Origin: an uncultured virus (IMG/VR IMGVR_UViG_3300025072_000003)
Lineage: Duplodnaviria; Heunggongvirae; Uroviricota; Caudoviricetes
Strand: one strand, 5' to 3'
DNA length: 39,853 bases
IMG/VR virus record: IMGVR_UViG_3300025072_000003
In this document: in pieces, positions 10,454 to 19,806 of the stretch
How the letters are laid out: every line of letters starts with the position of its first letter
Position numbering within the stretch: position 1 is the first letter of the stretch
Program-made: the position numbers and the translations under genes
Notes under the pieces: model-generated
What the model saw: only the letters and a program-made list of their open reading frames with translations
Database searches by the model: none
Told to the model about the DNA's origin: nothing

Positions 10454-10574
10454 AATCAAAGGGCTGGATTTGAACCAGCGATAGTTTTTCCCGATATTTG
10501 GGCTGCGCTGTGAAGCGTCGGGAACTCTTGCCTCCTATCGTGATCCCAGTCAACTGGGTGGCACACCTTTGATT
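10454..10574 (-). ncRNA. Non-canonical tRNA-like structured RNA
   Basis: AATCAAAGG/CCTTTGATT closing stem and perfect T arm GCTGG-TTCAAAT-CCAGC. Internal helices CCCAG/CTGGG, GATAG/CTATC and TTCCCGA/TCGGGAA. No standard anticodon loop. Confidence 0.6.
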
Positions 10575-10578
10575 TAGC

Positions 10579-10731
10579 TTACTGACGCAGTAAATGAGTC
10601 TTAACTATGTCCAATTGCTCCTGCATAGCCACAACAGCCTCTAAAGCGGCGTCAGGACGCACCACAACGTCTCTCAGCGAGCCGTAATGTTCTTCAAGGC
10701 AATCCATAAGCAATTGCTTAATACGCTCCTC
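10579..10731 (-). pseudogene. Orphan duplicate C-terminus of the nucleotidyltransferase
   Basis: EERIKQLLMDCLEEHYGSLRDVVVRP aligns with KKEIKELLIGCLEHHYGSLDGALVVP of ORF 11643..11978. Confidence 0.7.
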
Positions 10732-11683
10732 ACGCAGCTTGTAGACGCTTTCTGTAATCTCTAATGGTTCTTGCACACCTAGTCCATCCAAAATTTCTTT
10801 CATCATTGGACATTGCTTCAATACATGATCCAATTGATTTGAAATTCTCTATGTTTTTGACATATTCAATTTCCCACTCTTGCATATTTGGCGATTTGAA
10901 TTTTAGATCCTTCATCAAATCAAACCTGTGCTTTTTGTATTCAATGCAATAACCTTTGTTGTTGTCATAAAGTCTCTCTAAAAAACACTTTCCAGATAAA
11001 CCAACCATTACAACACTGTGAAAATCGCCCTTTACCTCATGACCATAAATCAAACTAATGCTGTCCAAGTAGGACATAATCCATTTTGCCAACAACCCCC
11101 CACCAGTACCTATAGACACCTTCCATTGATTTATGCTTCTATTTAGTGAAATGCTGCCATCGCCATCAAAAAACCCCAACAAAAAAGACTCAAAAAACTT
11201 ACGTTTTATTTTTGGCGCACTTAAAATATTAGACTTTTTAGGAACGCATCCAAGGTTTATAAGATCATTTGCAAGACTTTTGTTGCATAAACTGACAACA
11301 TATCCGATTCTCCCATCTTCCCTAACATTTTCCCTAATCATTGTCAATGGTGCATCAACAAAATTGCAAAACTCAACCAAAGCTTCCCTAACATCATTTG
11401 ATAAATTAACTATACTTCTGTTTTTGGTGGTTTTGCATACGCACCCATCAGCAAACATAAATCCCAACCAATAGGCTGACTCATCATCAATTTCGCGAAA
11501 ACAATCAATCTTATAACCATTTCGTGGAACACTCACTTTCTTAAAAAATGGTATTCCTAATTTGATCCTTCTTCTACGAACTCTTCCATAAGATTCGCCA
11601 CATATTTTAGCCAACTCTGTGTCTGATATTTTTCCCAGTAAATCATTGTACTCCCACTCTATCAAGAATCCTCCTAATTTCAA
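10730..11683 (-). mobile_element. Free-standing LAGLIDADG homing endonuclease
   Basis: Two motifs, AYWLGFMFADGCV and FLLGFFDGDGSI, plus an N-terminal HTH-like segment (SDTELAKICGES). Confidence 0.88.
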
Positions 11684-12171
11684 TTAAAGAATTTTTATAT
11701 ACTTCTGGGACTACCAACGCCCCATCCAAAGACCCGTAATGATGCTCCAAACATCCAATCAACAGTTCTTTTATCTCTTTTTTCCTTGGAACATCTGGCA
11801 ATTTGCTTTTCTCGTACAATCGTTCCAATGATTTCTCTTTGTCTGTAGCCCAACTTCTTATTTCCTTTTCAGACATTTCTCCTCGTCTTATGGACTTGAG
11901 CAATTCATCTTTGAAATCGAAAGTCAGTTTTCCAAAAGACCCGTTCTCTCCCTCTACAACAACATCTGTTTCCCACATGCGACAAATGCAAAACGCACTC
12001 TTGAGGAGTGTATAATGTATCTATGACTGCGGGATTGTTTTCCATGGCTAAATGGAAAAATTTAACAATATTAAAAATCTGGAAATCATATTCTTTTCCA
12101 CGATAATCAACATGATGTTGTTGCCACTGTTGAAAAGGCTTTTTAGGATAATCAAATCCAAAAACTTTCAT
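11643..12171 (-). pseudogene. Fragmented pol-beta-type nucleotidyltransferase (RlaP/YcgL-like)
   Basis: The middle segment FQQWQQHHV...IVKFFHLAMENNPAVIDTL and the C-terminal LKSIRRGE...CLEHHYGSL are in different frames. The catalytic N-terminus and the intervening region appear to be missing. Confidence 0.65.
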
Positions 12172-12499
12172 AAGCAAAAAGTGTTTTGCTCGCTTCCGAG
12201 GGTACGTTTTTTCCTTTTCCCTTTCCGTTGCCCTCAAGATAACGTCCTTCAAGGCTCTTTCCTTTCTCATAGATCCATGGACAGTTCCTATTGAAAGCTG
12301 TGATATTTGATAGTTCTTTTTCGCTGCTGATTGAATAATCTTCTCCGCAGCAGTCACAAGTCACTCTGTGGGGATGATGATCGAATCGTCTTTCAAATAT
12401 CTTTATTGCTTCCTCTTCAGAAGAAGCCTGAATATAGATTTCGGACCAATCTTCTTTCTGACTACCGCCAGAATACATGTCATAAAATTTCGTCCACAT
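12152..12499 (-). CDS. Hypothetical phage protein
   Basis: 115-aa ORF with FYDMYSGG and TCDCCGEDY, abutting the helicase stop. Confidence 0.7.
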   Translation of the reverse strand: MWTKFYDMYSGGSQKEDWSEIYIQASSEEEAIKIFERRFDHHPHRVTCDCCGEDYSISSEKELSNITAFNRNCPWIYEKGKSLEGRYLEGNGKGKGKNVPSEASKTLFAYESFWI

Positions 12500-13558
12500 C
12501 TAATATCCCCAATAACATTTGGTTTTTCCTCTAGTTCCAGCTACGTATCTCCAGCGAGTATGATCCCATCTTTTGCAAGGCTGGTCTATGACCATAACTC
12601 TATCAAATTCATCGCCTTGCGCTTTATGGTTTGTAATTCCATGACACCAATCAAAAGGCGGAAGTTCAGATCCGTTTTCATTGAAGTCATATTTTTCATT
12701 TCCGAACTGAGACATGTCAATTGACAAATCTTCAAATATGAATTCGTCTGTTTCCCAATCAATCAAATTGCCTTTAATTTTCAGCAACTCTCCTTGCATA
12801 CCATTGAAGAGTCCAAATTCCTTATTGTTTTTAAGACACATTATCCTATCGCCTGGAATTGGCAATGCATGGCATTCATCATATTTCAACGCTCTAAATT
12901 CATGATTGATCTTAACTCTGGTTTTATTGTAAGCACATATGATCTGATCAACGTCATGGTAATACTGACTGGCTAATTTCTTGTCGAACAACACAACAGC
13001 ACCAGAAGTCTCAAACCTTCTTGGATCAAGTCCCTGTCTCAAGTGCTGACCAAAATAGGCAATCTCTCCAGCGTTCCTATGAATTGTCTCCAATCTATAA
13101 TCTGGCTCTGCCATCAAATTGACACTTTTGCCAATTGGCTCTAGCTGACCATGATCTCCAACAAACACAATAGGCTTGTTGAATGATTTCAGATCATTAT
13201 AAATATCTTCTGAAATCATTGATGCTTCGTCAACTAAAAATCCATCAAATGGAATGTGATGTTTAAGTTCGAATATAGGAGATCCACTTTCAGTCAGAAT
13301 TGGATTTCCCCAATCGTCTGTCATTGGCGAGTAAATCGTACTATGAATAGTCGCAGCTTCCTTAACTCCCTTTTTCCTTAATACGTTAGCAGCCTTGCCT
13401 GTAAATGCACAATTAGCAAACTTTGGGAGTTTATCGGAAATATAACGAACACACTCTGTCTTCCCTGTTCCTGCGTATCCTCCTAATTTTTGCTCATCCT
13501 TATCAAACTTTAAAATTTGATCGCAAATTAGTTCCTGTTCATCCGTCAACTTAATCAT
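12500..13558 (-). CDS. RecD/Dda-like SF1B DNA helicase
   Basis: GYAGTGKT Walker A, VDEASMI, VGDHGQLEPI, ITNHKAQGDEF and RYVAGTR. Confidence 0.92.
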   Translation of the reverse strand: MIKLTDEQELICDQILKFDKDEQKLGGYAGTGKTECVRYISDKLPKFANCAFTGKAANVLRKKGVKEAATIHSTIYSPMTDDWGNPILTESGSPIFELKHHIPFDGFLVDEASMISEDIYNDLKSFNKPIVFVGDHGQLEPIGKSVNLMAEPDYRLETIHRNAGEIAYFGQHLRQGLDPRRFETSGAVVLFDKKLASQYYHDVDQIICAYNKTRVKINHEFRALKYDECHALPIPGDRIMCLKNNKEFGLFNGMQGELLKIKGNLIDWETDEFIFEDLSIDMSQFGNEKYDFNENGSELPPFDWCHGITNHKAQGDEFDRVMVIDQPCKRWDHTRWRYVAGTRGKTKCYWGY

Positions 13559-14387
13559 GAAATTCTTTCCACTCTTCCAAAGCAATGTTGTTTACAGCAT
13601 GGATTATAGGCTCTGGATCACATTGATACAAGCCTGCGCATGAAAATGACCCAACTTCGACAACCGCTAGATAAGAGCCATGACTCCATTCAATCTGACC
13701 AATATCTAGCGTCCAAGCCCTGTCTGGGGAATAATCAATTTCGTCCAAAACCTTTTGTCCATAAGCTTCAACTTCTTCAAGGGGCAGAGGGTTTTTGTAT
13801 TTTTTGTATTCTGATGATGCTACAACTTTATTGTCAACAACCACCAATCTCCACTCTCCTGTGATTTTTTCAGCGCCAGCAACAACCACAATCTCTTCTG
13901 GCTCGACACCATAAAAACCTAAAAGCTTAAGGTCTTCTTCCCAACTTTCCTTTTTAACAACATTACCTGTAAATGTTTTCAATCCACTAGTTGGTCGTAT
14001 AAAGATTGAATCCAATGGATGTGAAGCGTGTTCAAAAATTTCAAACAATCTATTCTTTCGTCTATCAAGCTCTCCAAAAGGAAGCATTACATAATCGCAA
14101 TTTAACAAATGATCGCCAAACCTTGGATAATAATATGCGCAATCAAATTTCTTGTCATTACAATAAATGCCTGGAATCCACTTGACGTTTCTTCTCAAAT
14201 GCCAAGCCAGTTGAAAGCTTCCGTGAAAGACAACACAATCATCCTCCCCAAATGCCTTTTCATAATCAGCATAGTCGTATCCAAATTCAACGACCTTATG
14301 CTCTATGCCTAAACGAGACAAGGCATCAATAATTGATGCCTCATCGCCTTCAAATACTTCTGGTTCTAATAACCATTTAACTTCCAT
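13551..14387 (-). CDS. ATP-grasp domain protein (DUF4343/R2K-like)
   Basis: FIRPxxGLKTFTG, EWRLVVV, TLDIG and VVEVGSFSCAGLY. Confidence 0.8.
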   Translation of the reverse strand: MEVKWLLEPEVFEGDEASIIDALSRLGIEHKVVEFGYDYADYEKAFGEDDCVVFHGSFQLAWHLRRNVKWIPGIYCNDKKFDCAYYYPRFGDHLLNCDYVMLPFGELDRRKNRLFEIFEHASHPLDSIFIRPTSGLKTFTGNVVKKESWEEDLKLLGFYGVEPEEIVVVAGAEKITGEWRLVVVDNKVVASSEYKKYKNPLPLEEVEAYGQKVLDEIDYSPDRAWTLDIGQIEWSHGSYLAVVEVGSFSCAGLYQCDPEPIIHAVNNIALEEWKEFHD

Positions 14388-14390
14388 TTT

Positions 14391-15166
14391 TTACCTCAGT
14401 AATTCGAATTTACCTTTATCAATCACCTGTTTCACATTGACCTTTTTACCAGTCCTATGATCCACTGCGCGAGATTGAATGAAATTGTAAGTCCTAATCT
14501 TATCACCTCTGCTACCGCCACCCAACTGCTCTTTGCGAACGTTATTTCTGGCAGCGTGTTTCTTTTCGAGATAATGTTGTTGCACTCTAGCAGTGATGAT
14601 TTCCTTTGCCTTTCGCCTATTTTTATGTTGACACTTTCCATTAATGAAAACAGAAATTTCAGTTGGCAAATGCTTCATCCTTACAGCGCTGTCAGTTTTG
14701 TTTTGGTGCTGGCCACCACACCCGTGCCCTCTTTGCGTGGTGACTTCAATATCTTTATCAGGTATTAAAGCAACGCTCTTATCGGGCATTGGAAGAACTG
14801 AGACTGATACCAAACTGGTTTGTCTGCGTCCTTTGGTTTCTGTAGGCGGGACTCTCTGACAAGCGTGCTTGCCAGATTCATTTTGAAATGCCCTACCAGC
14901 CTCTTTCCCTTTGATAGAAGCTAATACGCTGCCTTTCGAAGAATGAAGTATTTCAACTTTCAATTTCAAACTCTCTGCGTATTTGACATATGATGAAAAC
15001 AATTCGTGAACAAAGATTTTTGAATCTGCTCCACCCTCTCCGAATTGAATTTCCAATAGAACTTCTTGGGTGTTTGGGCTAAAGACAGCCTCTTTGATTC
15101 AACGCTTCGTTTTCTTTTTTTGTTGTTGTGCCATTTCTAAAGACACCTCCGTTTTGACTTCTTCAT
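14391..15166 (-). CDS. prfA: RF1-type peptide chain release factor, N-terminally short, probably recoded (two +1 frameshifts)
   Basis: PxT-type QRVPPTE, GGQHQNKTDSAVR and KIRTYNF motifs. AAGGAGGT RBS before ATG 15166. Two CTT-TAG sites at 15142-15137 and 15084-15079. Confidence 0.8.
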
Positions 15167-15204
15167 GATAACCTCCTTAAGGTTTGTTATATGTATTATA
15201 GACT

Positions 15205-15579
15205 TCAATCTTCTTTTTTACAAGGGGCTTTTCTAACACCAAGGGGATGAAGCCACTCGTTCTCTTTAATGAATTTCAAAAATCCACTCTCTGAGTTTTC
15301 GAACTTATTCAAAAATGTATCTGCACCCCAATCCGCATCCCAACCTTTCGGGCAAGAGTGGCATATGGTGCTTCCGTTATGCCAGTCGCCTTCCAGCTTT
15401 GCTAAACATGTACATAAATATGGCCAGCGATCTTTTGCCATCCAAGGAGTGACGACTTCAATGTATCCACCGTCGAGATCGCTGAATTGCGCCTGTACAA
15501 GGATTTGATAATCACTTTCGATTCTCTTGTAAAGAATCCCATCAATCTCTTTTTCTAAAACTTGAAACATAAATCTCAA
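15205..15579 (-). CDS. Hypothetical protein
   Basis: 124-aa ORF tiled into the minus-strand operon. Confidence 0.6.
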   Translation of the reverse strand: MRFMFQVLEKEIDGILYKRIESDYQILVQAQFSDLDGGYIEVVTPWMAKDRWPYLCTCLAKLEGDWHNGSTICHSCPKGWDADWGADTFLNKFENSESGFLKFIKENEWLHPLGVRKAPCKKED

Positions 15580-15842
15580 TTTTTCCTATCACGAAAAAGA
15601 TCCTCTTCTGCGTCTACTTTTTGACCCTTCAAAAAGTAGTCCCTTCCATTAATTTTAAGATGGATTCCCAAAGAATGGACATTAAATTCTTCTATTTTAA
15701 TGCCCTCTTCTTCTGGCACCCAAGTTAGATCAATCGTGTGCGCACACAAACACAGTGCGACCCAATATTCTGGTGAATCTTCTTCTCCAGTACAGTTAGT
15801 GTACTGGAAATTAACTCCATCAACATTAACTTTTCTTCCCAT
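15576..15842 (-). CDS. Hypothetical protein
   Basis: 88-aa ORF with overlapping start/stop junctions. Confidence 0.65.
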   Translation of the reverse strand: MGRKVNVDGVNFQYTNCTGEEDSPEYWVALCLCAHTIDLTWVPEEEGIKIEEFNVHSLGIHLKINGRDYFLKGQKVDAEEDLFRDRKN

Positions 15843-16744
15843 TATTCACACGCCCATTCAAAATGACTTTGATGCTTTAAGTAAGATGCCAACAAAAACT
15901 CTTTGACCTCTGGCAATTCATGTGGCTGAACACTTTTGACTGTTATGCCACGACTTGCGCCTTTTCGAGGGTGCAACAACCATGCGTAAAAAACCAATCT
16001 ATCTTCGCCAGTCCTAACGCTTCCACGTCCGTTGCATGTTTTACAGTAGGTGTTGTTTTCTTCGCCAACTTCAATCAACCCCAATCTTTCCGCTCTTGCC
16101 CTAACTAAGATGTGCTTGTTGATTGCGTCATGAGTCATCACAATTCCACCGCATTTCATCTGCAATTCATTCACTTCTTCCGCCGTTGGAATTTTTCCAT
16201 CCCAATCTCTAAGTCTGTCCTCGTCAAACAACGCCTGAACTTCGTCCTGTGTTATTTTGTTGTGCCATCCTTCCGTTGGCTCTCTCACTTGTTCGAACCC
16301 CACGAGGTTGCCCTCTCCATCATAGACAACCCTATATCCATCATCTCCATAAAACGAGTCAGACAATTCTTTGCAGGGAGGGCACGCCCCTGATCCTTCG
16401 CAATCGCCACACTCCTCACTGTCATGATTAACAGAAAAATAATAATCAGCAACCAAATTTAGATCCCAGTCGTTATCCTTGAATCCAGCCTTATCCATTC
16501 GTTCCTTCAGACCATCATCTTTCAACACTTCTTCACCATGCCAAAAAGTCTTCCAATCATCGCCCTCTATGTTCTTGTTCCATCCATATTCTTGATCCTT
16601 CGGCGTACTCATGTAGTCATCGCCTGGACCCCAACCGATGTATCCATGATCCTCTTGCTCGTAACTGCGCAGAGTTTTAACCAATTCTCTTAGTTCTGGA
16701 TTGGCGTCTAGATCGTTTTTCCAACTATCATCGTCGTATGACAT
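15842..16744 (-). CDS. Hypothetical acidic protein with DnaJ-like CxxCxGxG motifs
   Basis: CGDCEGSG and CKTCNGRG motifs; 300 aa. Confidence 0.7.
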   Translation of the reverse strand: MSYDDDSWKNDLDANPELRELVKTLRSYEQEDHGYIGWGPGDDYMSTPKDQEYGWNKNIEGDDWKTFWHGEEVLKDDGLKERMDKAGFKDNDWDLNLVADYYFSVNHDSEECGDCEGSGACPPCKELSDSFYGDDGYRVVYDGEGNLVGFEQVREPTEGWHNKITQDEVQALFDEDRLRDWDGKIPTAEEVNELQMKCGGIVMTHDAINKHILVRARAERLGLIEVGEENNTYCKTCNGRGSVRTGEDRLVFYAWLLHPRKGASRGITVKSVQPHELPEVKEFLLASYLKHQSHFEWACE

Positions 16745-16755
16745 TTTAATTCTTT

Positions 16756-18153
16756 CTATAAAAACTTTCTTAACACAGACCTAAAATCATTCATCTTTTC
16801 CAAAGCTTCGTTTTCAATTTGCCCAATTCTAGTCTTGGATATTCCCCAAGTATCTGCCAAATCTCTTACCTTTTTCTCCTCAGCACCAAAACCGTAACGC
16901 TCTCGTATTATGCTCTCTTCTCTTTGGCTCAAAATTTCATCTTTCCTCATGGACATTATCAAAGTGTTCAACACTTTGCCCATCAATTCATTTCTTTTGA
17001 CTTCATCACCAACACACTCTGACGCCTCCAAGCTATCTGCCATCTTTCCTCCATCTTTCCCCATCGCGTTCAGGATTGTCTTATTTTGCATCTCTCGTTT
17101 GATGTTTTTATTATTCTCTTTTGAAAGAGCGTGACGAATTGCCCATATTGAATAAGTAGAAAATCTATTTCCTTTACGATAATCAAAATAATCTACTGCT
17201 ATTGTAATTCTTTCATAGCAAAATGAAACTTTGTCGCCATCGTCAATGTTGAGATCTGTGTAATATTTAGCAGGCTTTATAGCCAATCGAAAGTTGCTTT
17301 CACAAATTGTCTTCTTAACTTCATTTGCTAACTTAACAAACTTTTTTGCGTTCGTGTTTCTCTTCTTTTTAAACTGCTTTTCGGCAAGATGTTTGTAAAA
17401 ATTATACTTGCGAAACAAATGAAATTCCTGAGACGCTGTTAACTTTGAACCAACATAACAAGGCTTCATCCATACGGGGATCTCCCCTCTACTCAAAACC
17501 TTAGCTCTTTTATCATCCACTTTCTTTTTCTCTTCCAGATACAAATCATATTCAGGCATTTCGCCAGTGAAAAGTCTGTAATCATCAGTCCCGTAAACAG
17601 CATTCTCAAATTCTGGTAGTCGCCAAATCTTCTCAAAAGACTCCCTAATTTTAGCACAACTATCTTCATCCTTATGTCCTTTAAGATATTTACCAACTGT
17701 CATACGCCCGATGCCAGTCTCCTCGCATATTTCTCTTACTGACATGCCTTTTTTATACATGTCAACAACTTTGCTGGCACGTATTTTTGCAGATTCTTTG
17801 GACTTGTTGGAAAAGTTGCTTTCCTTTCTAGCAGTGCTGGTGCCTCTAATCTCTTTCAAAACTTCTCCAACAACCCACTTTCCACACCCAACAGTCTCCA
17901 TTATGTCCTTTGTATTCATTCCCTCATTATACAATGATGCTATTTTATCCCTTCGATCTTTTCTCTCTTTCTTAACAATTCCACCACGAAGTTTGTAAAT
18001 AACGCATTTAACGGCCTCCTCTGTACATCCAGCCTTTTCGGCCATCTCTTCCCTGGAACATCCCTTGCGATATAACCGCATAATCTTGGCATTGCGCTTT
18101 TTTAGTTTTTCCGCACGTTCATCGCTGATTCCTTGTGGTCTTTTTTTAGTCAA
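16756..18153 (-). CDS. Sigma-70 family RNA polymerase sigma factor with N-terminal HTH repeats
   Basis: Region 2 (ESNFRLA...FDYRKGNRFSTYSIWAIR) and region 4 (LSQREESIIRERYG...GISKTRIGQIENEALEKM). Three N-terminal YxxGxSxxEIxExxG repeats. Confidence 0.88.
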   Translation of the reverse strand: MTKKRPQGISDERAEKLKKRNAKIMRLYRKGCSREEMAEKAGCTEEAVKCVIYKLRGGIVKKERKDRRDKIASLYNEGMNTKDIMETVGCGKWVVGEVLKEIRGTSTARKESNFSNKSKESAKIRASKVVDMYKKGMSVREICEETGIGRMTVGKYLKGHKDEDSCAKIRESFEKIWRLPEFENAVYGTDDYRLFTGEMPEYDLYLEEKKKVDDKRAKVLSRGEIPVWMKPCYVGSKLTASQEFHLFRKYNFYKHLAEKQFKKKRNTNAKKFVKLANEVKKTICESNFRLAIKPAKYYTDLNIDDGDKVSFCYERITIAVDYFDYRKGNRFSTYSIWAIRHALSKENNKNIKREMQNKTILNAMGKDGGKMADSLEASECVGDEVKRNELMGKVLNTLIMSMRKDEILSQREESIIRERYGFGAEEKKVRDLADTWGISKTRIGQIENEALEKMNDFRSVLRKFL

Positions 18154-18272
18154 GGTGCATATCTCCTCAGAAAGAATTCATCACTGCATAGAACAGCGAT
18201 GCAATAATTGCAATATCACAAAGAAAACCTACAATCATAGCAAGTGTCTTTCTGCAAAAAAAAAGAAAAAAT

Positions 18273-18296
18273 AAACGCCCCCCTAAGGGGGCGTTT
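18273..18296 (-). terminator. Rho-independent terminator
   Basis: AAACGCCCCC/GGGGGCGTTT hairpin followed by U-rich sequence on the minus strand, just after the HNH stop. Confidence 0.75.
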
Positions 18297-18300
18297 TAAT

Positions 18301-18942
18301 TTAAAGCTCTACATCCCAATAAGCGTCGGAAACAAAAGTTGCCCACTCTTTGTAGTGCTTTTTGTAAGAAATGCCATTGTTGTCATCCTTGAACAAAGAC
18401 CACTTTGGCTTGATAGGAGTCCAATTTCTGACGAAAAACGACATATTAGCTTCCTCTGGTGTGTTGTCAGCTTTGCGTGAATTACAATCAACACATGCCA
18501 AGCAGCAGTTTTCCCAAGTGGTTCCACCGCCACGAGATTGAGGCATAATGTGATCAATTGTCAACTCTTCGCTTCCAGGCTTAACACCACAGTAGCGACA
18601 AGTGTAAAGGTCACGCTTGTAAAGCTTTCTACGAGAGAAAGTCACAATATTGTAAGGAGGCTTGTCGTACCTAACCTTAATAACCTTAGGAACACAGAAC
18701 TTCCTGTGAGATGAAGACATGAAATCCTCACCTTCTTTTGGTCGCAATTGTGCCCAATCATCCCAAGTGTACATATTAAAATCAGGCTTAACACCAATGA
18801 TTTCAGCCTTTGGTGATCCGTCCTTGTAAGCTGAGAACAGCTTTGTAAGCGCACGAGCCATTGGCCAAATGTGAATTGGTTGCCAGCTTCGGTTCAAGAC
18901 CAAAACCTTCCTGTTTTCAAAATCTAATGCTTGAGTGGTCAT
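18301..18942 (-). CDS. HNH endonuclease (McrA/HNH_5 type)
   Basis: VLVLNRSW, RDLYTCRYCG, TIDHIMPQSRGG and CVDCNSRKA. Confidence 0.9.
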   Translation of the reverse strand: MTTQALDFENRKVLVLNRSWQPIHIWPMARALTKLFSAYKDGSPKAEIIGVKPDFNMYTWDDWAQLRPKEGEDFMSSSHRKFCVPKVIKVRYDKPPYNIVTFSRRKLYKRDLYTCRYCGVKPGSEELTIDHIMPQSRGGGTTWENCCLACVDCNSRKADNTPEEANMSFFVRNWTPIKPKWSLFKDDNNGISYKKHYKEWATFVSDAYWDVEL

Positions 18943-19007
18943 TTTTTTCTCCAGTTTCTACAACAAGGTAAAATCTCCAATATTATTTAGTAAAACTAAC
19001 AAAAAAG

Positions 19008-19082
19008 TAGCGGTTGTGGGATTTGAACCCACGAATCTCTCCCTTATGAAAGGAGCGCTTTCGACCACTAAGCTAAACCGCC
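19008..19082 (-). tRNA. tRNA-Met or Ile2 (CAT)
   Basis: Cloverleaf with anticodon arm CTCCT-TTCATAA-GGGAG. Confidence 0.9.
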
Positions 19083-19086
19083 TTAT

Positions 19087-19368
19087 TTATACCCTCACGG
19101 AAAGCAATGGTGGACCATCGTTTCTTCCGTCTTCCCTTCTTCCCTTAAAATAACGATTAGGATGATATGTATTCGTCCTAGTATCCGTCACTCCAACAAT
19201 TTTAAGAACTCCCATATCAACAAGTTCTTCGTCTGTAGCCTGTCGAATACCATTATCATCTGAAATCTTTACAGTAGCCCTTATAGCCGCCATGTCCTGA
19301 TTGTCCAAAGATTCATATTCGTACTTACGAAACTCTGGTGGAATCCATCCTGCTGGTGGTTGTGTCAT
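19087..19368 (-). CDS. Hypothetical protein
   Basis: 93-aa ORF in the minus-strand run. Confidence 0.6.
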   Translation of the reverse strand: MTQPPAGWIPPEFRKYEYESLDNQDMAAIRATVKISDDNGIRQATDEELVDMGVLKIVGVTDTRTNTYHPNRYFKGRREDGRNDGPPLLSVRV

Positions 19369-19371
19369 TTT

Positions 19372-19806
19372 TCACCCTGATTGTTGAACTGCATCCATTT
19401 TATCAATTGGATTTGACAAATTAAAATCTCTTACAAACATCTCGATTGAATCTTTGTCATCTGCCACAACGCACATGTCATATTCTCCGACAGCAGAGTA
19501 AAAACTTTCATTCACAATCCAAACCGTGCAACCCTCTTTTTCCCAAATATCACCATATACATTTTTCTTCTTGCCAACACGATACAATTCACGTTCATCT
19601 CTATCGAAACTCCTGTAAACCCATCCATTTTGTTCTACGGATTTTGTGTTGTCGCAAAACTCTCCTTCTTCGTAAGCTTCTGGGCAACATATCATTTGAT
19701 CGAACTCAGTCTGTGGTTCTTCCCTGTCACTTACAAAAAATGCATTGTGAACAACAAAAGGAACAACGTCTACGCTTGTACTATGACCCATTTCTCTATC
19801 TCCCAA
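19372..19806 (-). CDS. Hypothetical protein
   Basis: Acidic ORF of about 140 aa; probable start MGHST. Confidence 0.6.
   Translation of the reverse strand: MGDREMGHSTSVDVVPFVVHNAFFVSDREEPQTEFDQMICCPEAYEEGEFCDNTKSVEQNGWVYRSFDRDERELYRVGKKKNVYGDIWEKEGCTVWIVNESFYSAVGEYDMCVVADDKDSIEMFVRDFNLSNPIDKMDAVQQSG

Noticed and set aside
10500..10520. TTCA in the loop of the tRNA-like RNA read as tRNA-Sec or an opal suppressor
   Set aside because: It is a 3-bp stem with a 6-nt loop at the end of an abnormally long arm, without Sec-type D or variable arms.
14391..15056. Release factor as PrfH or ArfB
   Set aside because: Although short, it has the RF1 PxT loop and the IRTYNF...DHR C-terminus of canonical release factors.
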